Positions 37,215 to 47,317 of a DNA stretch of 64,000 bases are shown here, piece by piece. Source of the stretch: Candidatus Geothermarchaeota archaeon. Its GTDB lineage: Archaea > Thermoproteota > Nitrososphaeria > Geothermarchaeales > JDFR-13. A program made the position numbers and the translations under genes. The number at the start of each line of letters is the position of its first letter. Position 1 is the first letter of the stretch. The notes beneath the pieces are model-generated. The model saw only the letters and a list, made by a program, of their open reading frames with translations. It ran no database searches and had not been told where the DNA came from. Location: positions 4,462-68,461 of the forward strand of contig WAKB01000010.1 in assembly GCA_015523545.1 (NCBI GenBank), read 5' to 3'.

Positions 37215-39410
37215 ATGACCATAGACCAGGATCTCCCCCAGCCAGTCCACCAGACACTTAGGAAGCTAGGGATAAACAGCCTATACCCACCACAGGAAGA
37301 AGCGATAAGGAAGGGCCTCTTCAACGGCAGGAACCTCGTCGTAGCCTCCCCTACAGCAAGCGGCAAGACCCTAATAGCGCTCATGTTGATTATCCATAGG
37401 CTAGCCCAGGGACGGGGCTACAAGCATATATACCTAGTCCCCCTCAAGGCCCTAGCCGCTGAGAAGAGGGACGAGCTTATAGGGACTATGGAGGCAGCGT
37501 CAGAGATAATTGGATGGAGGCCGAGAGTAGCCATAACGACATCCGACTATGACAGCACGGGTGAGGAGCTGGGGAACGCAGACGTAATAATCGCTACCTA
37601 TGAGAAGATGGACTCGATAATGAGGCATAGGCCCAGCTGGATAGATACCATCAGAACAGTCGTCGTCGACGAGGCACACCTGGTAGGGGTGGCCGATAGA
37701 GGACCAGTGGTCGAGAACATCCTAATGAGGATCCTGGCTGAAGCGAGGGGGACACAGGTACTACTACTCAGCGCAACAATATCCAACTATCAAGACTTCG
37801 CACACTGGATAGAGGGAGAGGCTGTAGTGACTAACTGGAGACCGATACCTCTAAGGGAGGGGGTGCTATATGACCATGAGATATACTACTCTGACAACAC
37901 CTTCAAATCGGTGCCCAGAACAACTGGAGAACCCATAATAGACAAGGCCATCGAGACTATAGAGGAGGGTGGACAGGTACTCATATTCACAGCCACGAGG
38001 GCCGAGGCCAAGAGACGGGCCAAGAAGATCGCGAAGCAACTGGCAAAGCTACAGGCCACCCTACTAGGCCCCAAGACCATGAAGGAGCTTAGAAGGCTAG
38101 CGGAGAGAGTCAAGAACATAGGTGAGTCAACCAAGCTCTCAGAAGAGCTATCCAACACAGTCGCGATGGGGGTCGCCTTCCACCACGCCGGTTTAGGCCT
38201 TGAACATAGGGCCCTAATCGAGGAGGCATTTAGATCTGGGCTGATAAAGATATTGACGGCCACCCCCACCCTGGCCGCAGGTGTAAACCTACCCAGTAGA
38301 ACCGTGATAATCACATATACATCGAGGAGGACATCTGGATACGTAGAGGAGATAAGTGTATTCGACTATAAACAGATGGCTGGCAGGGCCGGGAGACCAA
38401 TGTATGATAAGGAGGGGGAAGCCCTGATCCACACGACGAGGGAGCTAGAGATAGACACGCTCCTCGACAGATACATAAGGGCAGAGCCAGAGCCCATAAC
38501 CAGCAGACTCCTAGACGGGGAGAACATGGAGATAGCCATACTGTCACTCACCACCGAGACAAGAGGTATAAGCCTAGATACAATCCACAGTTATATCGAC
38601 AAGTCCCTGGCAGCCATCCAATACCACCCCGAAGTATTGAGATACAGGGTGGACAGGGCCGTAAAGACCCTCCTAAGCTACGGCATGGTGATGAGGGGAG
38701 AGCTCTCCGGGAGAGAATACATAAAAGCGACTAGACTAGGTAGCAGGACATCGCAGCTATACATCCTACCATCCACGGGCTACAAGTTCTACACGAAGAC
38801 TCGGGAGATAACAGAGCCCAGTGAACTGGGCCTACTCCACCTAATATGCGAGACCAGAGACATGGTCAGGGTTAACGCCCGGAAGAGGGACTTCGACAAG
38901 ATAATATATACCCTTGAAGACATGGGGCAGGAAGAGTTCCTAAACATGATATTCGATATGAGGCCAGCCGTCGACTATGACCAAGACCTAGACCTCCTCA
39001 AGACAGCGCTGGTCCTCCTCGACTGGATAAACGAAGCCACGGAAGACGAGATACTTGAGAAGTGGGGAGTCGAGCCTGGAGACCTCTACAACCTCTACAC
39101 CACTGCAGAGTGGCTAGCATACGCAGCCTCAGAGATAGCCAGGATAGCACAGGCGGAGCAAGTGGCCAAGATGTATAATATACTGAGGGGCAGGCTCAAG
39201 TATGGAGTAAAGCCCGAGTTAATACCCCTAGTATCCATACCAGGCATAGGGCGTAGAAGAGCCAGGATCCTCTACAACAATGGTTACAGAACCCCATCAG
39301 ACCTTAGGAGAGCCACCATACAAGACCTAGCAAGCATACCAAACATAGGCGTCAAGACCGCCAGGAAGATCCTGGAGTATCTCAGAGCCGAAAGACCCAG
39401 TCAAGCCTAG
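37215..39410 (+). CDS. hel308: Hel308/Hjm-type Ski2-like DNA helicase
   Basis: 731 aa with SF2 motifs ASPTASGKTLIAL, VVVDEAHLVG, SAT, and a C-terminal HhH/winged domain. Confidence 0.85.
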   Translation: MTIDQDLPQPVHQTLRKLGINSLYPPQEEAIRKGLFNGRNLVVASPTASGKTLIALMLIIHRLAQGRGYKHIYLVPLKALAAEKRDELIGTMEAASEIIGWRPRVAITTSDYDSTGEELGNADVIIATYEKMDSIMRHRPSWIDTIRTVVVDEAHLVGVADRGPVVENILMRILAEARGTQVLLLSATISNYQDFAHWIEGEAVVTNWRPIPLREGVLYDHEIYYSDNTFKSVPRTTGEPIIDKAIETIEEGGQVLIFTATRAEAKRRAKKIAKQLAKLQATLLGPKTMKELRRLAERVKNIGESTKLSEELSNTVAMGVAFHHAGLGLEHRALIEEAFRSGLIKILTATPTLAAGVNLPSRTVIITYTSRRTSGYVEEISVFDYKQMAGRAGRPMYDKEGEALIHTTRELEIDTLLDRYIRAEPEPITSRLLDGENMEIAILSLTTETRGISLDTIHSYIDKSLAAIQYHPEVLRYRVDRAVKTLLSYGMVMRGELSGREYIKATRLGSRTSQLYILPSTGYKFYTKTREITEPSELGLLHLICETRDMVRVNARKRDFDKIIYTLEDMGQEEFLNMIFDMRPAVDYDQDLDLLKTALVLLDWINEATEDEILEKWGVEPGDLYNLYTTAEWLAYAASEIARIAQAEQVAKMYNILRGRLKYGVKPELIPLVSIPGIGRRRARILYNNGYRTPSDLRRATIQDLASIPNIGVKTARKILEYLRAERPSQA

Positions 39411-40704
39411 AGAGACAAGCATCAACATATCTAGAGAGATCTGTCGCCCGCCGAATATCCTCTTCAGTAAGATACTTCGGTAGATAATCGTCCTCCATAA
39501 CGAGCTTCAACAACTCCTCAGGGGTCTCAACCCTGGTCCTGAAGATACGTCTCAACCTCTCATGGAGAACCTGGCGATCACCACCCCTAGAGACACCCAT
39601 ATGGAGAAGGACATTGGAATATATGTTCATCCCCTCCTTCCGAATATTCTCTATACACCTAGCCTCATCCACCCTCAACCTCTCCAATACCCGGGCAGTA
39701 GTGACCAGCTGCTCATCAACAAGTAGGAACGCCTCAGGAATGACTATCCGCTCGAGGCTACTGTTACGGAGGTCGCGCTCATCCTCAAACACGATATTCT
39801 CATACACAGGCGCCAATAACCCCCTCAGATACCTGGCCAAGCCACACACCTTCTCACTATCAACCGGGTTACGCTTATGAGGCATAACCGACGAGCCCAC
39901 CCTATCAGCCTCCTCATACAGCTCCTCCACTCCACTCCTCATCATCATCCTTACCTCGTTATTCAGATGCTCCAGAACAGCTGAGAGATGTATAACCTCG
40001 GATAAGAGCCTGGAGAAGTAGTCTCTAGGAAGGACCTGTAGATACGCCCTAGCCCTCCTAAGCCCAAGCTTCTCAAGAACCCTCTTCTCAAGCTCAAGAC
40101 TATGTGGTAACATCTCTACACCAGACCCAACCGCACCCCCAATCTTGCCAGGCAGATAATCCAGCATACGCGCCAAACCATCCCTAGCCCTCAACAACTC
40201 GTCCAGATAGACCGAGAACCTGAAGCCTACAGTGATAGGTGTAGCCGCCCTACCATGGGTACGCCCAAGAAGGGGTGTAGACGCATATCTTGTCACAAAC
40301 AGTCTAAGCCTATCAACAACCACGTCAATACGCCTCAACAATATCTCGAGGCCATCCCTAGCCTGCATCACAGCCACGTTATCCAGCACATCGTTACTAG
40401 TGAGGCCTAGGTGTAGATACCTCCCCACGGGCTCACCAACCCTCTCATAGATAGCCCATACAAGGGCGAAGACCTCATGGCCAAATCTCTTCTCCAGCCG
40501 AGCCACATCCTCATAGGACACGCTGAAGAACCGGTCCCTCACACCCTCCAGCTCTTCCCTCCCCAAAGGGATCAGACCCATTTCTACAAGAGCTTCTAGA
40601 AGGGCATACTCAACCCTACATGCGTACCCAACCCATGAATCCCTCGAGAACACACGCCTCATATCCTCGGAGCCATATCTATACTCGACCGGGTGTATAG
40701 CCAT
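39382..40704 (-). CDS. purB: Adenylosuccinate lyase
   Basis: The fumarate-lyase signature is GSSVMPHKRNPVDSE. The N-terminus AIHPVEYRYGS is typical of PurB. The start is placed at the internal Met at 40704; the ORF track extends to 40758. Confidence 0.75.
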   Translation of the reverse strand: MAIHPVEYRYGSEDMRRVFSRDSWVGYACRVEYALLEALVEMGLIPLGREELEGVRDRFFSVSYEDVARLEKRFGHEVFALVWAIYERVGEPVGRYLHLGLTSNDVLDNVAVMQARDGLEILLRRIDVVVDRLRLFVTRYASTPLLGRTHGRAATPITVGFRFSVYLDELLRARDGLARMLDYLPGKIGGAVGSGVEMLPHSLELEKRVLEKLGLRRARAYLQVLPRDYFSRLLSEVIHLSAVLEHLNNEVRMMMRSGVEELYEEADRVGSSVMPHKRNPVDSEKVCGLARYLRGLLAPVYENIVFEDERDLRNSSLERIVIPEAFLLVDEQLVTTARVLERLRVDEARCIENIRKEGMNIYSNVLLHMGVSRGGDRQVLHERLRRIFRTRVETPEELLKLVMEDDYLPKYLTEEDIRRATDLSRYVDACLSRLDWVFRL

Positions 40705-40756
40705 CCCCACCCACCACGGCCATAAAATAATATATGCATAGAAATTAGGTAGGGAC

Positions 40757-41887
40757 ATGGAGCGGGGGGCAAACTATATAATAACTCCTGAGGGGCCCAG
40801 GCTCAGAGGCAACTATCTAGCTATGCTTGAGCACCAAGACTATACCATAATCCACCGCTCCATAGACACTGAGAGGCTCAGGGAACTCTTAGAGATGGAG
40901 CAGGCCCCACGTCGGGAGCTCCTATCAATTCCAAACATAGCTCTGTTGAGAGACACTATACAGACAGACATAATGGGTAGGATCCCAGCAGCCATAGCGA
41001 GAGACGGGTCCATCCTTGACAAGACAGGCCACGAGAGGCCACACCTACCCAGCAACTGGATACTAAAGAGGATGGGTAGGGACTACACCCCCCTACAGAG
41101 GAGGTGGGAGCCGAAGATATCAGGAGTTATAAACAGCATCGAGAAGCTGGCCGAGATGCTGATAGAAGCTCTGAGCAACTACCTATCCACCATAGGGGAT
41201 AGAGAGGTATACCTATCCTACTCAGGAGGCATAGACTCCACACTCCTACTCCTAGTAGCGGAGAAGATGGGTATAGAGACAAGGATAGTCACAGCATCAA
41301 CCCCAGGTAGCGGGGAGGAGGAGAGGGTTGTAGAAGCCCTTGAGATGCTGGGGATAGGGGCCAACATCCATATAGCCCTGATTGACGAGGAGAACATAGA
41401 TAGATACCTAGACATAGCATCGAGATACATAGATACATCCAACCCAATACTCCTCCCAATAGCAATAGCTGAGTACGCCGCAATGAGCCAGGTCCCAAGC
41501 AACAGAAGACTGATAATGGGCCAGGGGGCAGATGAACTCTTCGGAGGATACGACAAATATAGAAGGGAGTATGAACACTTCAGGACAGCCAACCTCATAG
41601 ACATATCGACACTACAATACACCACGACCCAGCTAGAATGGAGGATAGCCTCAGACCTAGGGATATATGTCGACTACCCCTACACACATGTAGAGGCCAT
41701 AGAGACGTCGTTACAAACCCCCTCTAGATACAAAGTCATGGACAGGAATGATAGACATAGGAAATGGGTCATCAGGAAGGCGCTAGAGATCCTAGGAGCC
41801 CCCAAAGAGCTATACATGCGCCCCAAGAAGGCTATGCAGTACTCGACAGGCCTTAAAAAGCTGATTAAAAGAACAGCCGAGAAGTAG
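40757..41887 (+). CDS. Asparagine-synthetase-domain protein (PP-loop ATP pyrophosphatase) lacking the N-terminal glutaminase domain
   Basis: 376 aa with the PP-loop SYSGGIDST and the AsnB C-domain motif GQGADELFGGYDKY. The N-terminal 150 aa do not begin with the Ntn Cys and show no GATase features. Confidence 0.5.
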   Translation: MERGANYIITPEGPRLRGNYLAMLEHQDYTIIHRSIDTERLRELLEMEQAPRRELLSIPNIALLRDTIQTDIMGRIPAAIARDGSILDKTGHERPHLPSNWILKRMGRDYTPLQRRWEPKISGVINSIEKLAEMLIEALSNYLSTIGDREVYLSYSGGIDSTLLLLVAEKMGIETRIVTASTPGSGEEERVVEALEMLGIGANIHIALIDEENIDRYLDIASRYIDTSNPILLPIAIAEYAAMSQVPSNRRLIMGQGADELFGGYDKYRREYEHFRTANLIDISTLQYTTTQLEWRIASDLGIYVDYPYTHVEAIETSLQTPSRYKVMDRNDRHRKWVIRKALEILGAPKELYMRPKKAMQYSTGLKKLIKRTAEK

Positions 41888-41898
41888 TTATATCTGTA

Positions 41899-43893
41899 AT
41901 GAAGAGGGAGAAGTGGATAGTAACCTCGGCATGGCCATATGCATATGGAGTCCCCCACCTGGGGAATATGGTCTCATCCCTCCTCTCCGCAGATATATTC
42001 GCCCGCTACCTACGGCTAAAAGGCCACGACGTAATATCCGTAACAGGATCAGATGAACACGGGACACCAATAGAGGTAAAAGCCATCCAGATGGGGATCC
42101 AGCCAAAAGAGCTGACCGACAAGGTACATAAACAGATACTGGAGATACTCGAGAAGTTCAACATCAGGTTTGACAACTACACCAGAACACACAACCCAGT
42201 CCATATTGACTACGTCAGATCCGTATTCAAGAAGATATATGAGAATGGATACATCTATACCCAGACCGATAAACAGCTATACTGCGAGAAGGACCAGCGA
42301 TACCTACCCGACAGATTCGTCATCGGAATCTGCCCCTACTGCGGATATGAAGGTGCAAGGGGAGACCAGTGTGAGAACTGTGGACGCCTCCTAGACCCCC
42401 TAGACCTCATATCACCCAGATGCGCCATATGCGGCTCACCCCCCGTGATCAAGGAGGTGCTCAACTACTACTTCGACCTACCAAGATTCTCAGAGAGGCT
42501 ACTGAAGTGGCTAGAGAGCTCCGAGACCCTGACCGAGAACGCCAAGAACTTCAGCATACAGATGATCAGACAAGGCCTGAAACCGAGAGCCGTCACCAGA
42601 CATAACAAGTGGGGGGTACCAGCACCCTTCCCAGGGGCAGAGGGTCTAACGATCTATGTATGGTTCGACGCTGTCCTGGGATACGTATCCGCTGTGAAGG
42701 AATACTTCGAGAAGAGGGGAGAGCCAGACAAGTGGAGGGACTACTGGATGGACAGAGAGACGAACGTAGCCTTCTTCATAGGGAAGGACAACATACCCTT
42801 CCACACAATCATCTTCCCCTCGCTACTAATGGCCACCCACGACCCATACACCCTAAGGTTCCATATAGGAGCCACAGAATGGCTCACCTACGAGGGAAAG
42901 AAGTTCTCAAAGACAAAGGGAATAGGCATATGGTGTGACGAGGCGGTAGAACTACTACCGGCGGACTATTGGAGATACACCCTAACATATATAAGGCCCG
43001 AGACCGGGGACACAGACTTCACATGGGATATACTCGAATACTGTGTAAACAAGGAGTTGAACGACGACCTCGGAAACCTTGTCCACAGGATATTAACACT
43101 CATCAAACGCTATCTCGGAGGAAGGGTGGAGAAGTCAGAAACACCCAGCGAAGCTGTCTCAAGGCTTAGAAACCTCTCAAGAGAAGTTGCGGAAAACGTC
43201 GATAGGCTATACCTAGAGACGAGGTTCCAAAGGGTACTCCACGAAGTAATGAAGCTCGTCAGAGAGGCCAACGCAACCCTAAACATAGAGGAGCCATGGA
43301 AGCTGAGAGATAACAGGGAGAGGCTCAACGCGGTGATGTACCACCTAGCACTAACAATACGTGACGTGGCGGTCATGCTCCACCCCGTAATACCAGAGTC
43401 AAGTGAGAAGATACTGAGATACCTAGGTATGGAGAAGCCCTCATGGAGCCTCCTGGGCGACGAGCCAAGTGAAATAGTTATCAGCCAAGAATTCACACCA
43501 TTATTTAGTAAGATAGACAAAGAATCTCTAAAGAGACGCCTCGAAGAGATGAGGAGTATGAGTGAGGAGAGGATAAGCTTCGAGGAATTCATGCGTATAG
43601 ATATGAGGGTAGGCTACGTAGAGAAGGCAGAGCCAAAGGAGGGGTCTAAGAACCTTATAAGGCTCAAGATAAGGGTTGGAGACAAGACGCTCAACGTATT
43701 GGCCGGGCTAAGGAAGTACTACAGACCCGAAGATCTACAGGGGAAGAAGGTGATAGTCGTGACCAACCTCGAGAAGAAGAAGATCATGGGTGAGTACAGC
43801 GAAGGAATGATACTAGCCGCCGATGATGGGAAGGGAAACGTAAAGATACTCACAGTTGAGGGAGATATAGAGGACGGCGCCCGGGTAAGGTAG
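41899..43893 (+). CDS. metG: Methionyl-tRNA synthetase with C-terminal EMAP/Trbp111-like tRNA-binding domain
   Basis: 664 aa. The HIGH-type motif is PHLGN, the zinc knuckles are CPYCG...CENCG, and the KMSKS-type motif is KFSKTKG. A C-terminal OB-fold tRNA-binding domain follows. Confidence 0.95.
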   Translation: MKREKWIVTSAWPYAYGVPHLGNMVSSLLSADIFARYLRLKGHDVISVTGSDEHGTPIEVKAIQMGIQPKELTDKVHKQILEILEKFNIRFDNYTRTHNPVHIDYVRSVFKKIYENGYIYTQTDKQLYCEKDQRYLPDRFVIGICPYCGYEGARGDQCENCGRLLDPLDLISPRCAICGSPPVIKEVLNYYFDLPRFSERLLKWLESSETLTENAKNFSIQMIRQGLKPRAVTRHNKWGVPAPFPGAEGLTIYVWFDAVLGYVSAVKEYFEKRGEPDKWRDYWMDRETNVAFFIGKDNIPFHTIIFPSLLMATHDPYTLRFHIGATEWLTYEGKKFSKTKGIGIWCDEAVELLPADYWRYTLTYIRPETGDTDFTWDILEYCVNKELNDDLGNLVHRILTLIKRYLGGRVEKSETPSEAVSRLRNLSREVAENVDRLYLETRFQRVLHEVMKLVREANATLNIEEPWKLRDNRERLNAVMYHLALTIRDVAVMLHPVIPESSEKILRYLGMEKPSWSLLGDEPSEIVISQEFTPLFSKIDKESLKRRLEEMRSMSEERISFEEFMRIDMRVGYVEKAEPKEGSKNLIRLKIRVGDKTLNVLAGLRKYYRPEDLQGKKVIVVTNLEKKKIMGEYSEGMILAADDGKGNVKILTVEGDIEDGARVR

Positions 43894-43904
43894 CGGCAGG
43901 AGAG

Positions 43905-44576
43905 ATGAAGGCTGACCTCCACGTACATACCCTATACTCCCACGACGCGGTGATCACCCTCCAAGAACTGGAGGAGTGGAGCCTAAAAAGAGGTATAGAC
44001 TGCATAGCCATAACAGACCATGAAGAGATCAGGGGGGCACTAAAGGCCAGGAAGAATCTAGGAAGGATCAGGATTATACCAGGCGTAGAGTTCTACACAG
44101 AGTATGGACATATAATTGGACTCAACATAGAGAAGTACCCACCCAACAGGAGGGGGATGGATGGTCTCGAGATATTAGAGTATATACGGGCCGAGGGGGG
44201 ACTATCCATACTGGCACACCCCCTGGACCATAGAAGGGGGAAGCCGGGAGAGATAGACGAGATAGTCAGGAGAGTAGATATAATCGAGGTAGCTAATAGC
44301 CACGACCCAAAGGCCAAGATAAACTATGTAGTCCTCTCAAAACTAGCCGAGGATCTGGGGAAAGGAGTCTCAGCCGGGAGCGACTCCCACATCCCGGAGA
44401 CGATAGGATATTCCCATGTATACACCGACGCCGAGGACGTGGAACAGCTCCTAGAGAAGATCATGAAGAGGGAGGTCAGGATACTCTTCCGAACTGTAAC
44501 AGGCCGTCAGAGAGTGAAGAAGCTCTTCCTAGAAGCTCTGCATAAAGCCAGGTTGTATAGGCCCTCACCCCCCTGA
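43905..44576 (+). CDS. PHP-domain metal-dependent phosphoesterase
   Basis: 223 aa with the N-terminal DLHVHTLYSHD and downstream His/Asp ligands (ITDHEE, LAHP). Confidence 0.7.
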   Translation: MKADLHVHTLYSHDAVITLQELEEWSLKRGIDCIAITDHEEIRGALKARKNLGRIRIIPGVEFYTEYGHIIGLNIEKYPPNRRGMDGLEILEYIRAEGGLSILAHPLDHRRGKPGEIDEIVRRVDIIEVANSHDPKAKINYVVLSKLAEDLGKGVSAGSDSHIPETIGYSHVYTDAEDVEQLLEKIMKREVRILFRTVTGRQRVKKLFLEALHKARLYRPSPP

Positions 44577-45807
44577 CTAGGACGACATCACCGATAGAGA
44601 CACCACCATCGACGGCGAAGATCTTATAGGCATAATTCCTACCTAGGTACCGCCCCCTACCAAACTCGTTAATAAGGACAGGGCCCTCCCAGTCACGCCA
44701 CATCTGGTTCCTCCTAGACAAGACCTCATCAGCAACCCTACTAACCTCCCTACTCCTCCGCTTCACAACCCTAGTATCAACCTTCTTCATACGTGCAGCC
44801 TTGGTGCCGGGCCTAGGGAAGAACTGGGATATATTCACAAAATCGGGCTCAGACTCCCTAAGAACCTCGATAGTCATCTCGTGGTCAACCTCCCTCTCAC
44901 CGGGATGGCCTACTATGATATCCGTCATTATCGAGAAGTGCCTACCCACCTCCATCCTAAGACGCCTAACAGCCTCTAGATACTCCTCAACCCCATGCCC
45001 CCTATCCATTATACGGAGCAGCTCCGGGCTCCCAGTCTGCACAGGGATATGTAGGAAGTGGTAGAACTTTGTGGAGGACTCAAATATCTCTATAAGCTCA
45101 TCCAGATAGAGATACGCCCAGCGAGGATTCATCATCCCAATCCTAACAATAAAGTTACCCTCAACCTCAGAGATCATCCTAAGAAGCTTCGTAATCGGCA
45201 CCCTAGGCCTTAGATCAAACCCATACGCACCAATATCCACAGAGGTTAGGAGTATCTCCTTGGCACCATTCTTCACATAGGACTCTACAAGTCTGAGAAC
45301 CTTCTCCGGCTCAAGACTCTTAACAGTCCCCCTAGCCAGCTTAGTACCGCAGAACGCACAGTTATCCAGACACCCTGTTGACACACCTATCGACTTAGTT
45401 ACCGAGCCGCCAATATTCAACGGGATATCCAGAGACTCCGTGTTGAGTCGTATATAATCCTCCCCCCTCAGTACAGCTTCAACAGCCTCCACGACATACT
45501 TCCCGGGGGAGGGGCCAAGCACAGCATCGAAGCTACACTCCCTCTTCAGCCTGGGGAGATTAATCATGGTTAGGCATCCGGTGAGAACAATCTTCTTATC
45601 CCCATACCTCTCCCTCAGCTTCCTGATATGCGAAACCATCTTATCCTCAGTCTGCTTCTTTACCCCACAGGTATTGATGACAACCACATCAGAATCCTCA
45701 ACTCTATCCACAACCTCATAGCCAGCCGTCCTCAGATAGGACTCCATGACCTCAGAGTCATACCTATTCAGCGTACAGCCGAACGTCTCTAGGTATACCC
45801 TACCCAT
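44476..45807 (-). CDS. Radical-SAM methylthiotransferase (MiaB/MtaB/CDK5RAP1 family; probable t6A37 methylthiotransferase)
   Basis: The UPF0004 N-terminal domain reads VYLETFGCTLNRYDSE. The radical-SAM motif is CLDNCAFCG, and a C-terminal TRAM-like region follows. The start is placed at the internal Met at 45807. Confidence 0.75.
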   Translation of the reverse strand: MGRVYLETFGCTLNRYDSEVMESYLRTAGYEVVDRVEDSDVVVINTCGVKKQTEDKMVSHIRKLRERYGDKKIVLTGCLTMINLPRLKRECSFDAVLGPSPGKYVVEAVEAVLRGEDYIRLNTESLDIPLNIGGSVTKSIGVSTGCLDNCAFCGTKLARGTVKSLEPEKVLRLVESYVKNGAKEILLTSVDIGAYGFDLRPRVPITKLLRMISEVEGNFIVRIGMMNPRWAYLYLDELIEIFESSTKFYHFLHIPVQTGSPELLRIMDRGHGVEEYLEAVRRLRMEVGRHFSIMTDIIVGHPGEREVDHEMTIEVLRESEPDFVNISQFFPRPGTKAARMKKVDTRVVKRRSREVSRVADEVLSRRNQMWRDWEGPVLINEFGRGRYLGRNYAYKIFAVDGGVSIGDVVLVRGVRAYTTWLYAELLGRASSLSDGLLQFGRVS

Positions 45808-47317
45808 CTCTCCTCGCCCACCTCTCACTAGGCTTCATAGTCCTAGGCCTGGACCCATACGCCTCGTCGAGCCTACCCACAGTTGTATTAACAGGGGAAT
45901 TAATAACCTTATCAGGCTCATTATACGCCTCCTCAACAACCCTCTCCACAACCGATGCATATAGGTCTAGATCCCTCTTACCAACAGTCTCAGTAGGCTC
46001 CACCATCAAGGCCTCCGGAACTATTATGGGGAAGTACGTGGTGGGGGCATATACACCATAATCAAGAATCCTCTTAGCAACATCCCTGGCCGACACCCCC
46101 GTCTCCCTCCTTAAAGACTCTAGAGACACCACAAACTCGTGCATCCTCATCCTAGAATCCCTTGGATAAGGCTCTACCCCCCTGAGCCTAGAGACCTTCC
46201 TAAACAGGTAGTTAGAGTTCATAACAGCTATCGAGGAGGCCCTCCTAAGCCCCTCCAGGCCCATCGAGAGTATATATGTAAAGGCCCTCAGAGCCACGAG
46301 AAAGTTCCCATAGAACATGTGGACCTTACCAATACTATGTTTCAAACCCCACTCCCACCGGTACATCCCATCCCTATAAACCACTATAGGAACCGGGAGG
46401 AATTCTCTCAGAAAACTCTTCACACCCACAGGACCACTTCCAGGGCCGCCGCCCCCGTGTGGTGTGGAGAATGTCTTATGGAGATTAGTATGTACAATGT
46501 CGAAGCCCATATCCCCGGGCCTCGCCCACCCGACTATGGCGTTGAGATTAGCGCCGTCATAATACAGTAGGGAACCATTACCATGGAGTATATCGGCGAT
46601 CTCTAGAATATTCTCCTCAAAGAGGCCCAATGTATTCGGATTGGTCAACATGAGGCCAGCAGTCCTCTCATTGACAACCTCCCTCAACAGTCTAGGGTTG
46701 ACCATCCCCCTCTCATCACTAGGAATCTCAACCACCTTGAACCCTCCCATCTTGGCAGACGCGGGATTAGTGCCGTGGGCTGTATCGGGCACTATGATCT
46801 CATCCCTATCCTCCCCCCTAACCTCGAAATACTTCTTCATAATCAAGACGCCGACAAACTCTCCCTGGGCCCCCGCCGCAGGCTGGAGGCTAAACTCATC
46901 CATACCCGTGAGGAGTGACAACATCCTTGATAAGCGATACATAACCTCCAATACACCCTGGATCTCCTCCTCATCCTGATGCGGAGATATATCCCTAAAA
47001 CCCTCCAGAGCCGCTACCTCCTCAGAGATTCTAGGGTTATACTTCATGGTACAGCTGCCCAGCGGGTATATTCCTAGATCCACCCCATAGTTCTCCTGAG
47101 ACAGTCTGGTGAAGTGTCTTACAACCTGAAACTCGGGAAGATCAGGAATCCTTATACCACTCCTCCTCACAAGCTTCTCAGGCAGATATTTAAGCGCCCG
47201 GCGATACTCATCCCCCTTTAACACACCCTCGCCAAGCTCGCCGAGCTCAAATACCGTCGGCTCTCTCCATCTAGCCTGTCTGAACATCCTCGATAACCAC
47301 CCCCACACTAGATGCAA
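45800..47317 (-). CDS. gcvPB: Glycine dehydrogenase (decarboxylating) subunit 2, P-protein C-terminal half
   Basis: 505 aa. The PLP-lysine region is HTNLHKTFSTPHGGGGPG. It overlaps the gcvPA end; an internal Met at 47287 is an alternative start. Confidence 0.9.
   Translation of the reverse strand: MHLVWGWLSRMFRQARWREPTVFELGELGEGVLKGDEYRRALKYLPEKLVRRSGIRIPDLPEFQVVRHFTRLSQENYGVDLGIYPLGSCTMKYNPRISEEVAALEGFRDISPHQDEEEIQGVLEVMYRLSRMLSLLTGMDEFSLQPAAGAQGEFVGVLIMKKYFEVRGEDRDEIIVPDTAHGTNPASAKMGGFKVVEIPSDERGMVNPRLLREVVNERTAGLMLTNPNTLGLFEENILEIADILHGNGSLLYYDGANLNAIVGWARPGDMGFDIVHTNLHKTFSTPHGGGGPGSGPVGVKSFLREFLPVPIVVYRDGMYRWEWGLKHSIGKVHMFYGNFLVALRAFTYILSMGLEGLRRASSIAVMNSNYLFRKVSRLRGVEPYPRDSRMRMHEFVVSLESLRRETGVSARDVAKRILDYGVYAPTTYFPIIVPEALMVEPTETVGKRDLDLYASVVERVVEEAYNEPDKVINSPVNTTVGRLDEAYGSRPRTMKPSERWARRDG

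Noticed and set aside
43110-43592. 160-aa minus-strand ORF inside metG
   Set aside because: It is Ser/Leu-rich and antisense to a well-supported MetRS.
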